DNA of 64,000 bases, taken from the NCBI RefSeq assembly GCF_001194135.2, contig NC_068989.1, forward strand, positions 85,979,008 through 86,043,007, written 5' to 3'. Positions 14,047 to 26,685 of this stretch are shown here, piece by piece; the first letter of the stretch is position 1, and the number at the start of each line of letters is the position of its first letter. This DNA is from Octopus bimaculoides (lineage: Eukaryota). Both the position numbers and the translations under genes were made by a program. Under the pieces are notes generated by a model that was not told the DNA's origin, did not search any database, and saw only the letters and a list, made by a program, of their open reading frames with translations.

Positions 14047-14884
14047 CTGGAACAAAGCAAAAAGGAAACGTCAGTGTCTGAGAGTTCAAAAGTGGTGGAT
14101 AGTCTTTACAATCAGGCATTCAATATTGTGCAGAGAAACCATAACGGCCATGACCAAGTCCACCCTGCCCNNNNNNNNNNNNNNNNNNNNNNNNNNNNNN
14201 NNNNNNNNNNNNNNNNNNNNNNNNNNNNNNNNNNNACTATGTCCAGTCTGTCACACAGCAGTTCATTACTGCATATCAGAATGTTGCATTTTCATAGACA
14301 AGGGGACAATGAGATGGGGTGGGGTGGGGTGGGGAGTAGGATTCATTGGATACCTACCTAACACTTGACGTGATAAAGACATTTCTCTATTCCTTTTATT
14401 ATGCTCAGTCTATCTACCTAGCTGTAAAGAGGCCTTGTCAGGAATTTGATTGCAAGATTAGAATAGATGATACACCATAATCAACTTGTGTCTTGTGTCT
14501 CAGTAGCTGAGGGATGTAGAGATGCACTCGGCTGACAGTATTGACACGACTGACAGTATTGACACACACAGATTTGACAATGTTGCAGTATTTCGTCTGT
14601 CTTTTACGTTCTGAGTTCAAACTCTGCCAAGGTCGACTTTGCCTTTTGTCCTTTCGGGGCCGATTAAATAAGTACCAGTTAAGTACTGGGGGTCGATGTA
14701 ATTGACTTAATCCCTTTGTCTGTCCTTGTTTGTTCCCTCTCTGTTTAGCCCTCCGTGGGCAATAAAGAAATAAATATTGAGAGAGTTGATGCTGTTGAGA
14801 CACACATAAACACAGTTGGTAGTGTTGACATACACAGCTGACAGTATTGACATACACACACACACACACACACACAATACTTAC

Positions 14885-14967
14885 ATCTTCAGTTCAGAGT
14901 TGGCAATATTTACAGTCGTGGAGTCATTTATTTTCTTTAACAGTTGCATAGCAACATGGGCATGGTG
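14885..14967 (-). CDS. ANKRD28: ANKRD28-family exon: HHAHVAMQLLKKINDSTTVNIANSELK(I)
   Basis: 83 nt, ttacag / GTAAGT, phase 0/2; 99-nt intron upstream; bridges flanking exons in frame. Confidence 0.92.
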
Positions 14968-15066
14968 CTGTAAAGAGAGGAAGAGAGAGAGAGAGTAATA
15001 TATTTAACTGCAGAGAAACACACAAAGACGAAGAAAGAAAGAGAAAGAGTAGTATGTAAACCTTAC

Positions 15067-15146
15067 ATTTATACAAGCATGGTGGAGGGGGGTATTTTTG
15101 TCATCGTCCACCAAAGACAGATCAGCACCGTTTTCCAACAGCAGTT
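15067..15146 (-). CDS. ANKRD28: ANKRD28-family exon: ELLLENGADLSLVDDDKNTPLHHACIN
   Basis: 80 nt, ttacag / GTAAGG, phase 1/0; not in ORF track; resembles KNTALHLACSK. Confidence 0.95.
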
Positions 15147-16285
15147 CTGTAAAAGAAGAAAGATTAATCAGTGCCTAAGCAAGTTATATATAGATCACTG
15201 CTGAGTGTGGTCAGTTGTATATCAAAGACCACTGGTCAATGTTGACATTGATAGTAGATAATTGTAGTTAGCTGTTACAGTTAAGCAGTGACCATGGACA
15301 ACATTGGCTGTGAGGTAAGAAGTTTGCTTCCCAATCACATGGTGCTGGGTTCAGTACCATTGTGTGGCACCTTGGGCAAGTGCTTTTTACCATAGCCCTA
15401 GGTCAACTAAAGCCTTACTAATGGATTTGGTAGATGGAAAGATGCTAGTTGCATGTAAGAACCGCTTCCTTGCCTTGACATCACATAATAATTGTAAATG
15501 AATGCCACTGTTGTGCAAGCGGTGTTGTTCATTACCAAAGCTTGTGCAAAAACATGTCTGGTCAAGGGGAAATATTATCATACTTGGAAACAGGTGAGGG
15601 TTGCTGATAGGAAGGGCAACTGACCATAGAAAATCCTCCTCAACAAATCCTGTCCAACCTACGTGAACATGGAAAAGTAGACGTTAAAATGATGACAATG
15701 ATGATGAAGTACAGTCTAGTGAACATTGTAAATAAAATCTGAGATAATACAGCAGCCATCCAGTATTAGTACAACAGAATGGTCAGTGCTGATGCCACGT
15801 AAAAAGCATCCAGTCCACACTCTAAAGTGGTCGGCATTTGGAAGGGCATCCAGCAGTAAAAACCACATCAAAACTGACCTCGCCTGTGCTTGTGCTACAT
15901 AAAAAGCACTCAGTCCACTTTGCTGTGGTTGGAGGGTTGGTGTTAGGAAGGGCAACCAAGAATAAAAACCCTGCCAAAACAAACACAGAAGTCTGGTGCA
16001 GGCTTCTGTTAAACCATCCAACTCATGCCAGCATGGAAGGCAGACATAAAACGATGATGATGATGGTCAGCATGAAATGGTAATGTATTAAAGAAACCTT
16101 TTAGTGGTCAGTATAAACTATATAAATGTATTTATGATCACTTAGGGATAATGATTGATATGGGCGTCACTGGATTGCACCTTACAATGGTCAGTGTGTT
16201 GGACACTGTTACAACTTTTGTGCTAATGGTGTTATACGATCATCTTATGGCAAGTTTAGTGGGTAAATGATATCATGTGACCTAC

Positions 16286-16431
16286 CTACTACCGTTGAGT
16301 GACCGTTGGCTGCAGCTAGTGTTATCGGTGTCCGTCCCATCCGATCAGAACAGTTGCAATCAGCACCGTGGTTCAACAATATCTGCATGCATTCATAATG
16401 GTTACCAAACGCAGCCGCATGTAACGGTGTT
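16286..16431 (-). CDS. ANKRD28: ANKRD28-family exon: TPLHAAAFGNHYECMQILLNHGADCNCSDRMGRTPITLAAANGHSTVV
   Basis: 146 nt, tttcag / GTAGGT, phase 2/1. Confidence 0.96.
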
Positions 16432-16481
16432 CTGAAACAAAATAGTATGGGCATCAGTGTGTGAGTGTGTGCATGTATATA

Positions 16482-16940
16482 CTGTAAATCTGTATTTTTT
16501 ACCCAAAATTTAAAGGTCAAAATCCCTAGTGCGTACTATATACGAGGTTAAAAATGAAAAATATTTTCTAAGCAATGTCTCTATTTGCTGTCCGGCAATG
16601 TTTATTCAGACACATTTTGTGATGTCGGGTGCGAAAATAGCTTAAGCTAATACCTTAAGCTATATTTAATTTTCACTGACATCATTACTGTTATTTCTTT
16701 ATTTTCTGCAAACAAACTGCACAAAAAAGCTACACGTTTGCATTATGTTATATATACAATAATAATAAAGGACGTTACCGTATATATGTTTACAAACCAA
16801 GGACGTTATATAGACCTCCTTGACTCAAGTTAGAGAAAGGGTGCGTATTATACACAAGGTTTAGGTTTTTCAGAGGTATAGCCCCCTAAAAATCCCCTGC
16901 GTATTATACTCAAGGGCGGACTATACTCGAGGATTTACGG
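16482..16940. mobile_element. pogo/Tc2-type MITE
   Basis: TA-CTGTAAATC left end (partly deleted), GAGGATTTACGG-TA right end, internal TGCGTATTATAC repeats. Confidence 0.7.
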
Positions 16941-17672
16941 TATATATGCATGGATTGGTCTAACCCATGCCATGATGATGATATGCACATACACACATAC
17001 ATATGTATATGTATGTGTGTGCATATGGTGGCTGTCCATTCCTTGCAGAGTTTGAACTCTTCTTGTATCTATAATTGTGCTTTCCTTTTGTGAGATTTTA
17101 AATGACCTTTGAGCCCTGAAAGGCAGTTAAGAAAGAGCTGATCACAAAATACTGCACCAATGTCTCATTTCAGAACTGGCTCCACTTTCTGCTTGTTTGT
17201 TATGAAGGTTCAAGTGCCACCTCAATCCTCCATGTGACAGACATTGCAAACACACACACACACACACATGCAGAATCATTATCCCTGCAGCCATTGTCAT
17301 CACCATATGACAATGCAACATGAGACACTCCTTGTCTGAAATAATATGCGAATTTTCTCAAATCTCACTTCACTGTCTTTAGAAAAAAAAGAGATGTTAG
17401 ATAATGGAGTTCTAGATGCATAAAAAGGCAAGATGGTCACAGCTGGACTGCCTTGATTAAGACTAAACAATTTTGAGCTCCTTAATACTGGGGACAAGAG
17501 CACAATGTGAAAAGAGGGATAATATCCATACATTGTAGGAGATGGACAACACCACAGTGTAGGATGGGGACAACATTTCTTAAAAGACCTCACTAAAATT
17601 AAAAAAAAAAAAAGGAAAAAATAACCACAACGAAGTTAGGGGAAAACGTGAAGTGAGCTCAATCTTAGTTAC

Positions 17673-17756
17673 CTGCCCTTGGAATCTGTCGCTTTCACAA
17701 TGTCGTCTCCCAACTTTTCTATCAAAATTTCCACACAAGATTCATTACCATTTATG
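17673..17756 (-). CDS. ANKRD28: ANKRD28-family exon: INGNESCVEILIEKLGDDIVKATDSKG(R)
   Basis: 84 nt, ttgcag / GTAACT, phase 2/2; conserved IVxATDSKGR. Confidence 0.95.
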
Positions 17757-18239
17757 CTGCAAAGAGATAATAATAATAATAACAATAGTAATAATAATAA
17801 TAACAATAATAACAATAATAACAATAATAATAATAATAATAATGATAATAACAATGGTATTCTTATTTTAATTTTGACTCTATATCTTCAGCAGGAGTTA
17901 CCTCAATCCTTTCTATATTAACCAAAATGAAGTAGATTGACAAAATTATTTTTTGAACCAGTTGAAGACACACAAGATGCTATTGATTCTGCCAGCTCAC
18001 CGCCTTAATAATATTTTTTTCTCCTCTAAGCACAAGGCCTGAAATTTTGGGGGAGGGGGACAGTCGATTAGATTGATCTCAGTATGCAACTGGTACTTAA
18101 TTTATCGATCCCGAAAGGATGAAAGGCATATTTGACCTTGGCGGAATTTGAACTCAGAATGTAAAGTCAGATGAAATACCGCTAAGCATTTCACCTGGTG
18201 TGCTAGCGATTCTGCCAGCCTTAATAATAATAATAAATG

Positions 18240-18700
18240 CCCTGATGCAATACCAGGCAGTGGCTCTCATGGCTTCTGATCTCAACTAACAGGAAGTGTT
18301 AACATGTACATGTTTTGTCTTTAAAAAATAGGCTGCAGCAAATATTCTCTATACAAAAGATTTGCTTGTCAGTTGCTTGATCTTAACCAGTAGAGCATGT
18401 CCCTCAGTGGCTGACAATGTGCATCTCTGATCACAAGCAGGAGTAGTTGGGGTGCACCATAGCCATGTGACTAATTTGGGGTTTGACTAATTCTCCCTTG
18501 GAAACATGGGGGTTTCATTTATCATTCTTAAACAACACATACTTAGGGACCTTTTGAGTGGGATGGGCTACTTGACCTGAAAAAAAAATCTAACTGGGCC
18601 CCACCTGCAAGGTCATGCACTGCTTATCTTGATATATGTTACACACATATGGTTGTGATGCACATGTCTGGTGCAGCCTTATCAGATGGGGAGTCATCTG
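18240..18700. repeat. Unclassified interspersed repeat; opposite-orientation copy at ~52270-52580
   Basis: Shared GGGCCCCACCTGCAAGGTCATG...CTTGATAT...GGTTGTGATGCA...CCTTATCAGA block. Confidence 0.7.
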
Positions 18701-18843
18701 AATCCATTCAGCAGTTTTTGAGATATCTTGTCCATTGACAAACAAACAAACATGACTGAAAACAATAGCTCGGCCTTCACTAAGGCAGAGGTAATAATAG
18801 TTACAGAATGTATGGGAGGAAAGTGATTAGAGAATTTACTTAC

Positions 18844-18925
18844 ACAGCACAATGAAGGGGAGTAAATAAGGTTTTACTCTGTGTCATCTTATGTTCAAGT
18901 AGAAGTTCTATACAACTGTCATGTC
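18844..18925 (-). CDS. ANKRD28: ANKRD28-family exon: HDSCIELLLEHKMTQSKTLFTPLHCA(V)
   Basis: 82 nt, ttgcag / GTAAGT, phase 1/2; not in ORF track; resembles HETCVELLLE...FSPLHCAV. Confidence 0.95.
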
Positions 18926-19300
18926 CTGCAACAGATATAATAATAATAATATAGAAGTAAGGGGAGTGTTGGAGGTGGTGGTTGGGGATAGTGGTGTAGT
19001 GCCATGGTGGAGAGGGCCAAGGGTGTTGTGGTTGTGGTATGGGGTAGTGCTGTTATGCTGGTGTGAGTGGTGATGATGGAGGTTAGCTGAAATATATGTA
19101 CAACAATATACGTACAACAAGTACCTTATTTCTCAGACCATGTCAACTTGTGTACCAGAAAATGTAGTATGTATTTAAGGGAGAAATGTGTACCAGGACT
19201 ATGTTTAGTTCCCTGTTGACTACCATCATCACCATGATATTGAAGACCAGCACCACCACCACCACCACCACTACCACCAACAACATTAGGTTATACTTAC

Positions 19301-19367
19301 CATTGTAGCAGGCCCAATGGAGTGGTGTGAAACCTTTATTGTCTTCTTGGTCTCCCATAATTCCAAT
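19301..19367 (-). CDS. ANKRD28: ANKRD28-family exon: IGIMGDQEDNKGFTPLHWACYN(G)
   Basis: 67 nt, tttcag / GTAAGT, phase 0/1; conserved LHWACYNG. Confidence 0.96.
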
Positions 19368-19782
19368 CTGAAACAATTACAAATATATAGTATGTATACA
19401 ATATATATATACACATGCACTCACACACAAAACATGTTTGGGTGCATTTGAATGTGATAAAACCTTCCACTGCAGAAATAGTCCTGAGAGAAAAATCTTC
19501 CCCTTAGACATAAATGTGTGAAGATACATTTTGGGTTGTGAATGACATCATTATATCATAGGATTTGTGCATTTCTGCATCTTTTCACTTTGTGCTACAA
19601 TCTAATGATGTCAGTTGCAGCTCAAAATATAACCTGACACATGTTGTCTAAGAGGAGAATTTTCTTCTAGGACTATGTTCACAGGGAAGGGACTTATCAT
19701 GACTGAATGCATTCAAACATGTTACATATGGCTTTACACAAATATATTTTATTCAATGGAACTTTGTGTGACAGTATGTATG

Positions 19783-19824
<42 letters not shown>

Positions 19825-20154
19825 ATTTAAAAATAGAATAAANNNNNNNNNNACACACACAATTTAAAAATAGAATAAAGTCTTTATAAGAATTTATCAA
19901 GTAGTTAGCATGAAAAACCTCATATGGGAAAAATTTACTAATTATTCACTCTGTGTGTGTATACATACCTATCTATCTACCTATATGTGTGTTCTCGTCT
20001 ACGTTTGTTTGCAATGTCCTGTACCCAGATATGCACCTATACATACAGGTGGATGTCGGTATGCACATACCTGTACGTATATATGCATATACTCATTTAC
20101 TTTTGTTTTTACATGATTGAACGCAGCGTCTCACAAAAATTGTAAGTAGTTTTC

Positions 20155-20899
20155 NNNNNNNNNNNNNNNNNNNNNNNNNNNNNNNNNNNNNNNNNNNNNN
20201 NNNNNNNNNNNNNNNNNNNNNNNNNNNNNNNNNNNNNNNNNNNNNNNNNNNNNNNNNNNNNNNNNNNNNNNNNNNNNNNNNNNNNNNNNNNNNNNNNNNN
20301 NNNNNNNNNNNNNNNNNNNNNNNNNNNNNNNNNNNNNNNNNNNNNNNNNNNNNNNNNNNNNNNNNNNNNNNNNNNNNNNNNNNNNNNNNNNNNNNNNNNN
20401 NNNNNNNNNNNNNNNNNNNNNNNNNNNNNNNNNNNNNNNNNNNNNNNNNNNNNNNNNNNNNNNNNNNNNNNNNNNNNNNNNNNNNNNNNNNNNNNNNNNN
20501 NNNNNNNNNNNNNNNNNNNNNNNNNNNNNNNNNNNNNNNNNNNNNNNNNNNNNNNNNNNNNNNNNNNNNNNNNNNNNNNNNNNNNNNNNNNNNNNNNNNN
20601 NNNNNNNNNNNNNNNNNNNNNNNNNNNNNNNNNNNNNNNNNNNNNNNNNNNNNNNNNNNNNNNNNNNNNNNNNNNNNNNNNNNNNNNNNNNNNNNNNNNN
20701 NNNNNNNNNNNNNNNNNNNNNNNNNNNNNNNNNNNNNNNNNNNNNNNNNNNNNNNNNNNNNNNNNNNNNNNNNNNNNNNNNNNNNNNNNNNNNNNNNNNN
20801 NNNNNNNNNNNNNNNNNNNNNNNNNNNNNNNNNNNNNNNNNNNNNNNNNNNNNNNNNNNNNNNNNNNNNNNNNNNNNNNNNNNNNNNNNNNNNNNNNNN

Positions 20900-20900
<1 letters not shown>
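20155..20900. other. Largest assembly gap (N run)
   Basis: N run; other gaps near 45-79, 13309-13501, 14171-14235, 25452-25777, 40092-40268 and several ~10-N joins. Confidence 0.99.
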
Positions 20901-20955
<55 letters not shown>

Positions 20956-21474
20956 TATACACACACACTATATGAATAGTGGGATGTGGGAGAGGGGGTG
21001 AGTCAGTTTTCTATAAACATAAAATGGGTGGTAGTGGTGGTGGTGGTGGTAGTAGTAGACAGGTAGATACTATCTACACTACCACCACCATCATTACAAA
21101 TGTAAAATTTAAGGGGACAGGTATAGTGTTGTACACAAGATACATAGTTGTTTAACTGTTTATAAAGAAGAAGGGGAGATGTGATGTTGTGACACTCATG
21201 CCCTGTAGTGTCCATTGAAATAAGAAATGTTAAGTCAGTTTGGCACCAAATTACTACTGCAGCAATCACTCACACACACACACATAGCAGTATTCACACA
21301 TCAATGCATACATACTCAGAACACACACACACACACACACACACACCTGACACACATGCACAGACAAATCCAGTGGTCGTATCACAAACATAGCAACAAC
21401 CCCAAATGCTCTTTCTTCTCCTTAACACTTCAGCATAGAAGCCGCCCAATCCCCACCAAAGCCAAATGACATAC

Positions 21475-21615
21475 CTGTAATAATGTACCTAGGATGCCCA
21501 CATGTCCACACATGGCAGCAAAATGAAGAGGTGTGCGTCCTTTGATGTCTTTGGCAGTGATTTCTGCACCATTGTGCAGTAATGCATCAACACATTCCTC
21601 GTGACCGTTAGCTGC
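21475..21615 (-). CDS. ANKRD28: ANKRD28-family exon: AANGHEECVDALLHNGAEITAKDIKGRTPLHFAAMCGHVGILGTLLQ
   Basis: 141 nt, ttgcag / GTATGT, phase 0/0; close to GHEECVDALLQHGA...GRTPIHLSAACGHIGVLGALLQ. Confidence 0.97.
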
Positions 21616-21721
21616 CTGCAACAACAAAAAACAACAATTACTTAGAATAATGCAAGTTTATGAATGTACACTGTGTACCTGTATGTGTATATGTAAATAT
21701 ATATATATATATATATATATA

Positions 21722-22672
21722 CAAGGGTTGGACAAAATAATGGAAACACCTAGCATCATAATTTTGAAATGTCAATGAAACCGTCAAAAGCTTGTTTATT
21801 TTTAGTTCTTTGACTGATTATTTGTGTTGCTTAATATGTTTTGCTAAAATTGCTGTTTCTTTTCAGATACCATCAGGAAAAGTTAATTAAAATACACTGA
21901 AATGACAGATCTATCGGACTTTCAAAGAGGTCGAATTGTTGGTGCTCGTATAGCAGGGGCTAGCTAACGAAAACAGCTGAAATGTATGTTGTATCAAGAA
22001 GTACTGTCTTGAAAGTAATGAGAGCCTTTCAGAAAGAGGGAAAAATCTCCTCATTGAAACAAAACTCCGGAAGAAAACCAAAACTCTCACGTAGGGACCA
22101 TCGGACTCTTACGCGAATTGTTAGAAAGGATCACAAAAGTACAGCTCCCAAAATTACTGCAGAGCTTAACGACCACTCTAAGAACTCAATTTCCACAAAA
22201 ACTGTTTGCCGGGAGCTGCACAAAGCTGGAATTCACGGGAGGGCTGCAATCAGACAACCTTTCAAAAACAAACGTTGCAAAGCATTTAGGAATGTTATTT
22301 TCTCGGACGAGTCATCCTTTACCTTATTTCCAACCACCATCCAAGTATATAGGTGGAGACAGCCAAAAGAAACATTTGACCCAGACTATCTTCTTCCAAC
22401 TGCTAAACATGGAGGAGGATCTGTGATGATCTGGGGAACTATATCTTGGAAATCCGCCGGCCCAATGGTTTCCCTTCATGGCAAGACTATTTAAGCACTT
22501 TATCTAATCAAATTCATTCTATGGTTGTGGAACTGTTTCCAGAGGGAAACACAATGTTTCAGGATGATAATGTCCCAATTCATACAGCTAAAGTTGTTAC
22601 TGAATAGCATGATGAACATTCTAGTGAAGTTGAACAACTTATCTGATCACCACAGTCCCCAGATCTCAATAT
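21722..22672 (+). mobile_element. Tc1/mariner DNA transposon, 3'-truncated, transposase pseudogene
   Basis: TA + CAAGGGTTGGACAAAATAATGGAAAC left end; MTDLSDFQRGRIVGAR start at 21902; SGRKPKLS, VIFSDESSF, KHGGGSVMIWG, FQDDNVPIHTAK, PQSPDLN motifs with frameshifts/stops; no right TIR seen. Confidence 0.92.
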
Positions 22673-23223
22673 ATTGCCATACACAAGACAAAAACAAGAT
22701 CTCACCTGCAACCATTATTTAAGGAAAAGATAACAACATTTTCCCTCTCATTCCTCTCACGCTGATGCCGAGCAAAACTTCGAAGCCAACAGCTCACAGC
22801 AGACTTTTGTCCTGCTGTGATACCACATGCATTGTCTCCAGAGGTTATTGAACCTCATGTGTATGGGAGAGAAGGCTAACTATGCACTGCTGTGAAGATG
22901 GTTACTGAAAGCAAACCCCTTGTACGAAGCACCTGTGAATAAACGGTTATTGAATTTACTCCGCCTGAGAACTTCATTCCTCGTATTTCCAGCTCCTTGA
23001 ATGGAAGAAGAAGATACCCCAAAAGTATCATAAAAACCTTCCTTCCATTATAAAAGTATATTGTGTTTGCATAACGAAATACCATATACCTACAAATCAT
23101 TAGCAGAGAGATAAATATCATATAGTTTTCTGTCCACTCATTGTAATAATAAAAAAAAAGAAAAAAAGAGAGATAAAAACGTGTAATGGAAAAAGAGTGA
23201 AGGAAAAACATGCGTTAACTGAC

Positions 23224-23341
23224 CCCTCTGTGTAACGCCGTCCGTCCATGGATGTCTTTGTTGTTTACTATAGCACCTGATGTGATGAGATTTAACACAG
23301 CATCTACGTGGCCATTGGCAACAGCTAACATCAACGGTGTT
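23224..23341 (-). CDS. ANKRD28: ANKRD28-family exon: TPLMLAVANGHVDAVLNLITSGAIVNNKDIHGRTALHRG
   Basis: 118 nt, tttcag / GTCAGT, phase 2/0; not in ORF track; conserved TPLML and GRTALHRG. Confidence 0.96.
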
Positions 23342-23908
23342 CTGAAACAAAACCACAATAACATAACTTTTTACTGTCGTACCACTGAACAACAGCAACA
23401 ACACAGATTTAGGGGTCTATCATCATCATTATTATTATTATTAAGGCGGTGAGCTGGCAGAATCTCAGAATGGTAGAATGCCAAACAAAATGCTTAGTGG
23501 TATTTTGTCTGTCTTCACGTTCTGAGTTCAAATTGTGCTGAGGTCGACTTTGCCTTTCATCCTTTCGGGGTTGATGAAATAAGTACCAGTTGAGCAGAGC
23601 ACTGGGGTTGATGTATTCAACTAGCCCCTCCCATAAAAAAATCTCAGGCCTTATGTCAATAGTAGAAAGGATTATTATTAAATGGTAGGAAAGAAGAGAC
23701 ATAATGAGAAATATTATTTTAAGGGATGAACTATAGAGAGTGGATATTGATTTTTTTTAATGATGTTAGGAGCAGGGCCCACAGCCTTCACAAGTCCCCT
23801 TCCCCCACCTCCCAATCTGGTGAGACTAGAATTACAGTTCAGGGAGTGCTGACAAGAGTATTATGTGGGTCATAAAAATAGATATCTAAGAAGGCAGACA
23901 AAGGTAGA

Positions 23909-24090
23909 TACTCAAGGATCAGATAGTCAAGGGTTCAGATACTCAAGGGTTCAGATACTCAAGGGGTAGATACTCAAGGGGTAGATACTCATGGGGTAGA
24001 TACTTATGGGGTAGATACTTATGGGGTAGATACTTATGGGGTAGATACTTATGGGGTAGATACTTATGGGGTAGATGCTTAAGGGGTAGA
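23909..24090 (+). repeat. Minisatellite, 12 units of ~15 bp (TACTYAWGGGGTAGA)
   Basis: Five identical TACTTATGGGGTAGA units at 24001-24075 flanked by ordered variants. Confidence 0.95.
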
Positions 24091-24205
24091 TATTTAGAAA
24101 CAAGATTATCAGCCAGTAATTGGATATGATAATCAGGTATTTTTTAATCAAAGTGAAGGGTTGTTTATAATGTCTATGGGAAGGGGGTGAGTAGTAGTAA
24201 CCTAC

Positions 24206-24293
24206 CTTTCGTTGTCATCTGTACAATCGACTATGCAACTATCCTCTGCAGCATGTAGCAGTACCCGTAGACATTCCGTGTGGCCATTGTATG
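24206..24293 (-). CDS. ANKRD28: ANKRD28-family exon: AYNGHTECLRVLLHAAEDSCIVDCTDDNE(R)
   Basis: 88 nt, tttcag / GTAGGT, phase 1/2. Confidence 0.95.
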
Positions 24294-24694
24294 CTGAAAG
24301 TAGACCCACAGCACATTTTATCAGTTTAAAAGGTTGTAATATAGAAATGAACAGAAGGTGACTAGCACCATAGACACACACACATACACAAATGGCTGTC
24401 ATAGATATACACACAGCCACCAACACATGCATATACTCATATAGGTCCTCATTTTGAAGGAGCCTTTTTTAATGCTTGCATAGCATGATGGGTTTGGGCA
24501 GAGTTTAAGGTAAAATCTTTCTATAGCTGGATAGCCCTTCCCATCTCTTACCTGTTTCCAAGCAAGGTAATATTTCCTCAAGGTCAGTCTTGTTTGCACA
24601 GAATATCGGAAAAGAATGGTATTCCTTTACAACAATGACAATGTCAAGACATGGAGATACAAACATACACACACAAGCACATAAACACTCACTG

Positions 24695-24734
<40 letters not shown>

Positions 24735-25209
24735 GTAATAATATACTATCTTTCTTACTAGAAGCCATGCTCATACATACATACATATATATATATATAC
24801 ACACTGATAAAACAGCTGACAGACACAATACAATGAGTGGCTTTTGTATACACATACCATGGTAATACTGGCTGTTTCACATACACAATGCATTGAATAC
24901 TTGCCAAATACACATGTTATAGTAATATACTGATTAGCTATCATACATGTATACATACACACATACACGCATGCATGTATGTATGTATACATATACACTG
25001 GCTGTCTCACACATACTGTTCCAAGCATGCACACACACACACACACACACTGACTGGTTGTCCTACACACAATAGTAACACACACAAACACACTGCTTGT
25101 AACCATGTCCTGTCTGTCTTATGCATACTTTGTACCTTAATCCAAAAGTTCACTAACCCCCCCCCCCCAACAACAACAACACCAACAGTAAAGTGAGTGA
25201 TAGACTGAC

Positions 25210-25335
25210 CTGCACTGTGAAGGGGGGTCCTGCCAATCACTGAATCGTGGACCGCTATTCCAGCTCGGTTTTGTAATAAAATATTTACACATTCCGTATG
25301 ACCCCGAAAACACGCCAGATCTAACATGGTGCGAC
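25210..25335 (-). CDS. ANKRD28: ANKRD28-family exon: RTMLDLACFRGHTECVNILLQNRAGIAVHDSVIGRTPLHSA
   Basis: 126 nt, tatag / GTCAGT, phase 1/1; ankyrin repeat resembling RTPLDLAAFKGHVECVDVLINQGA. Confidence 0.96.
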
Positions 25336-26517
25336 CTATAGGAGAGTGGGAAAGAGAAAGAAAGAAAAAACAATCATTAGACACATAGGAGGGACTGAGC
25401 AGGGAGCAATTTAGGTTGGACAGTTCATGGTGGTGATGATGATGATGATTGNNNNNNNNNNNNNNNNNNNNNNNNNNNNNNNNNNNNNNNNNNNNNNNNN
25501 NNNNNNNNNNNNNNNNNNNNNNNNNNNNNNNNNNNNNNNNNNNNNNNNNNNNNNNNNNNNNNNNNNNNNNNNNNNNNNNNNNNNNNNNNNNNNNNNNNNN
25601 NNNNNNNNNNNNNNNNNNNNNNNNNNNNNNNNNNNNNNNNNNNNNNNNNNNNNNNNNNNNNNNNNNNNNNNNNNNNNNNNNNNNNNNNNNNNNNNNNNNN
25701 NNNNNNNNNNNNNNNNNNNNNNNNNNNNNNNNNNNNNNNNNNNNNNNNNNNNNNNNNNNNNNNNNNNNNNNNNNNNNTTAATATATCTTCGCAGTGACTT
25801 AGATATATATATATATATATACTCTTTTACTCTTTTGCCTGTTTCAGTCATTTGACTGTGGCCATGCTGGAGCACGGCCTTTAGTCGAGCAAATCGACCC
25901 CAGGACTTATTCTTTGTAAGCCTAGTACTTATTCTATTGGTCTCTTTTGCTGAACCGCTAAGTTACGGGGACGTAAACACACCAACATCGGTTGTCAAGT
26001 GATGGTGGTGGGGACAAACAAACACACATACACATATATATTACGACAGGCTTCTTTCAGTTTCCGTCTACCAAATCCACTCACAAGGCTTTGGTCAGCC
26101 CGAGGCTATAGTAGAAGACACTTGCCCAAGGTGCCAGGCAGTGGGACTGAACCCGGAACCATAGATGACATCCACATAACTTGGCAGAGCTCAGCAAAAG
26201 AGATGAAGAGAATAGGTACTGCACTTTTTGTTCAACTAAACCTTTTAAGGTGGTGAATGACCTCGGTGGGATTTGAACTCAGCACATGGGACAAAACGCC
26301 TAGTGGCATTTCTTCCAGCTTTCTATTCCAGCTTGCTGCCTTAAGGAACAATTATTATAATGACTGGAATAAGTAAAAAATAAATCATAGGTCTGCTGGA
26401 TCAGTGCTGGCCCTGGGTTAAACAACAACAGTGACTAAATTCAGCAGGTTTGTGGTGGTGGTGATGAAAGTGGTGGAACATGATTGAGTCATGGAAACAA
26501 GGGACAGTCCAACTTAC

Positions 26518-26593
26518 CATTCATATCACAGATGTCGAGGTTAATTATGTAACCCAGCAGAACATTCAATGCCTGTTCATGACCATTGTAGGC
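26518..26593 (-). CDS. ANKRD28: ANKRD28-family exon: AYNGHEQALNVLLGYIINLDICDMN(G)
   Basis: 76 nt, ttgcag / GTAAGT, phase 0/1; resembles AYHGHHQALEVLVQSLLDLDVRNSSG. Confidence 0.95.
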
Positions 26594-26685
26594 CTGCAAC
26601 AACAACAACAACAGCAATAATAAGAAGAATAATAAAAACAAATGGACAGTTATATTATGAAAAAGAAAGGAGGGGAAGGGCTACA

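Noticed and set aside
20093-20968. Long ORFs in the supplied track (also 13125-13713, 25411-25875, 39641-40405)
   Set aside because: They run through N gaps, so the length is artefactual
21982-22494. 170-aa Tc1 ORF as an active transposase
   Set aside because: Frameshifted at both ends, internal deletions and stops, no right TIR
23909-24090. Regular short repeats as a possible CRISPR array or YPISI-repeat protein
   Set aside because: No spacers, eukaryotic intron, no splice or start context
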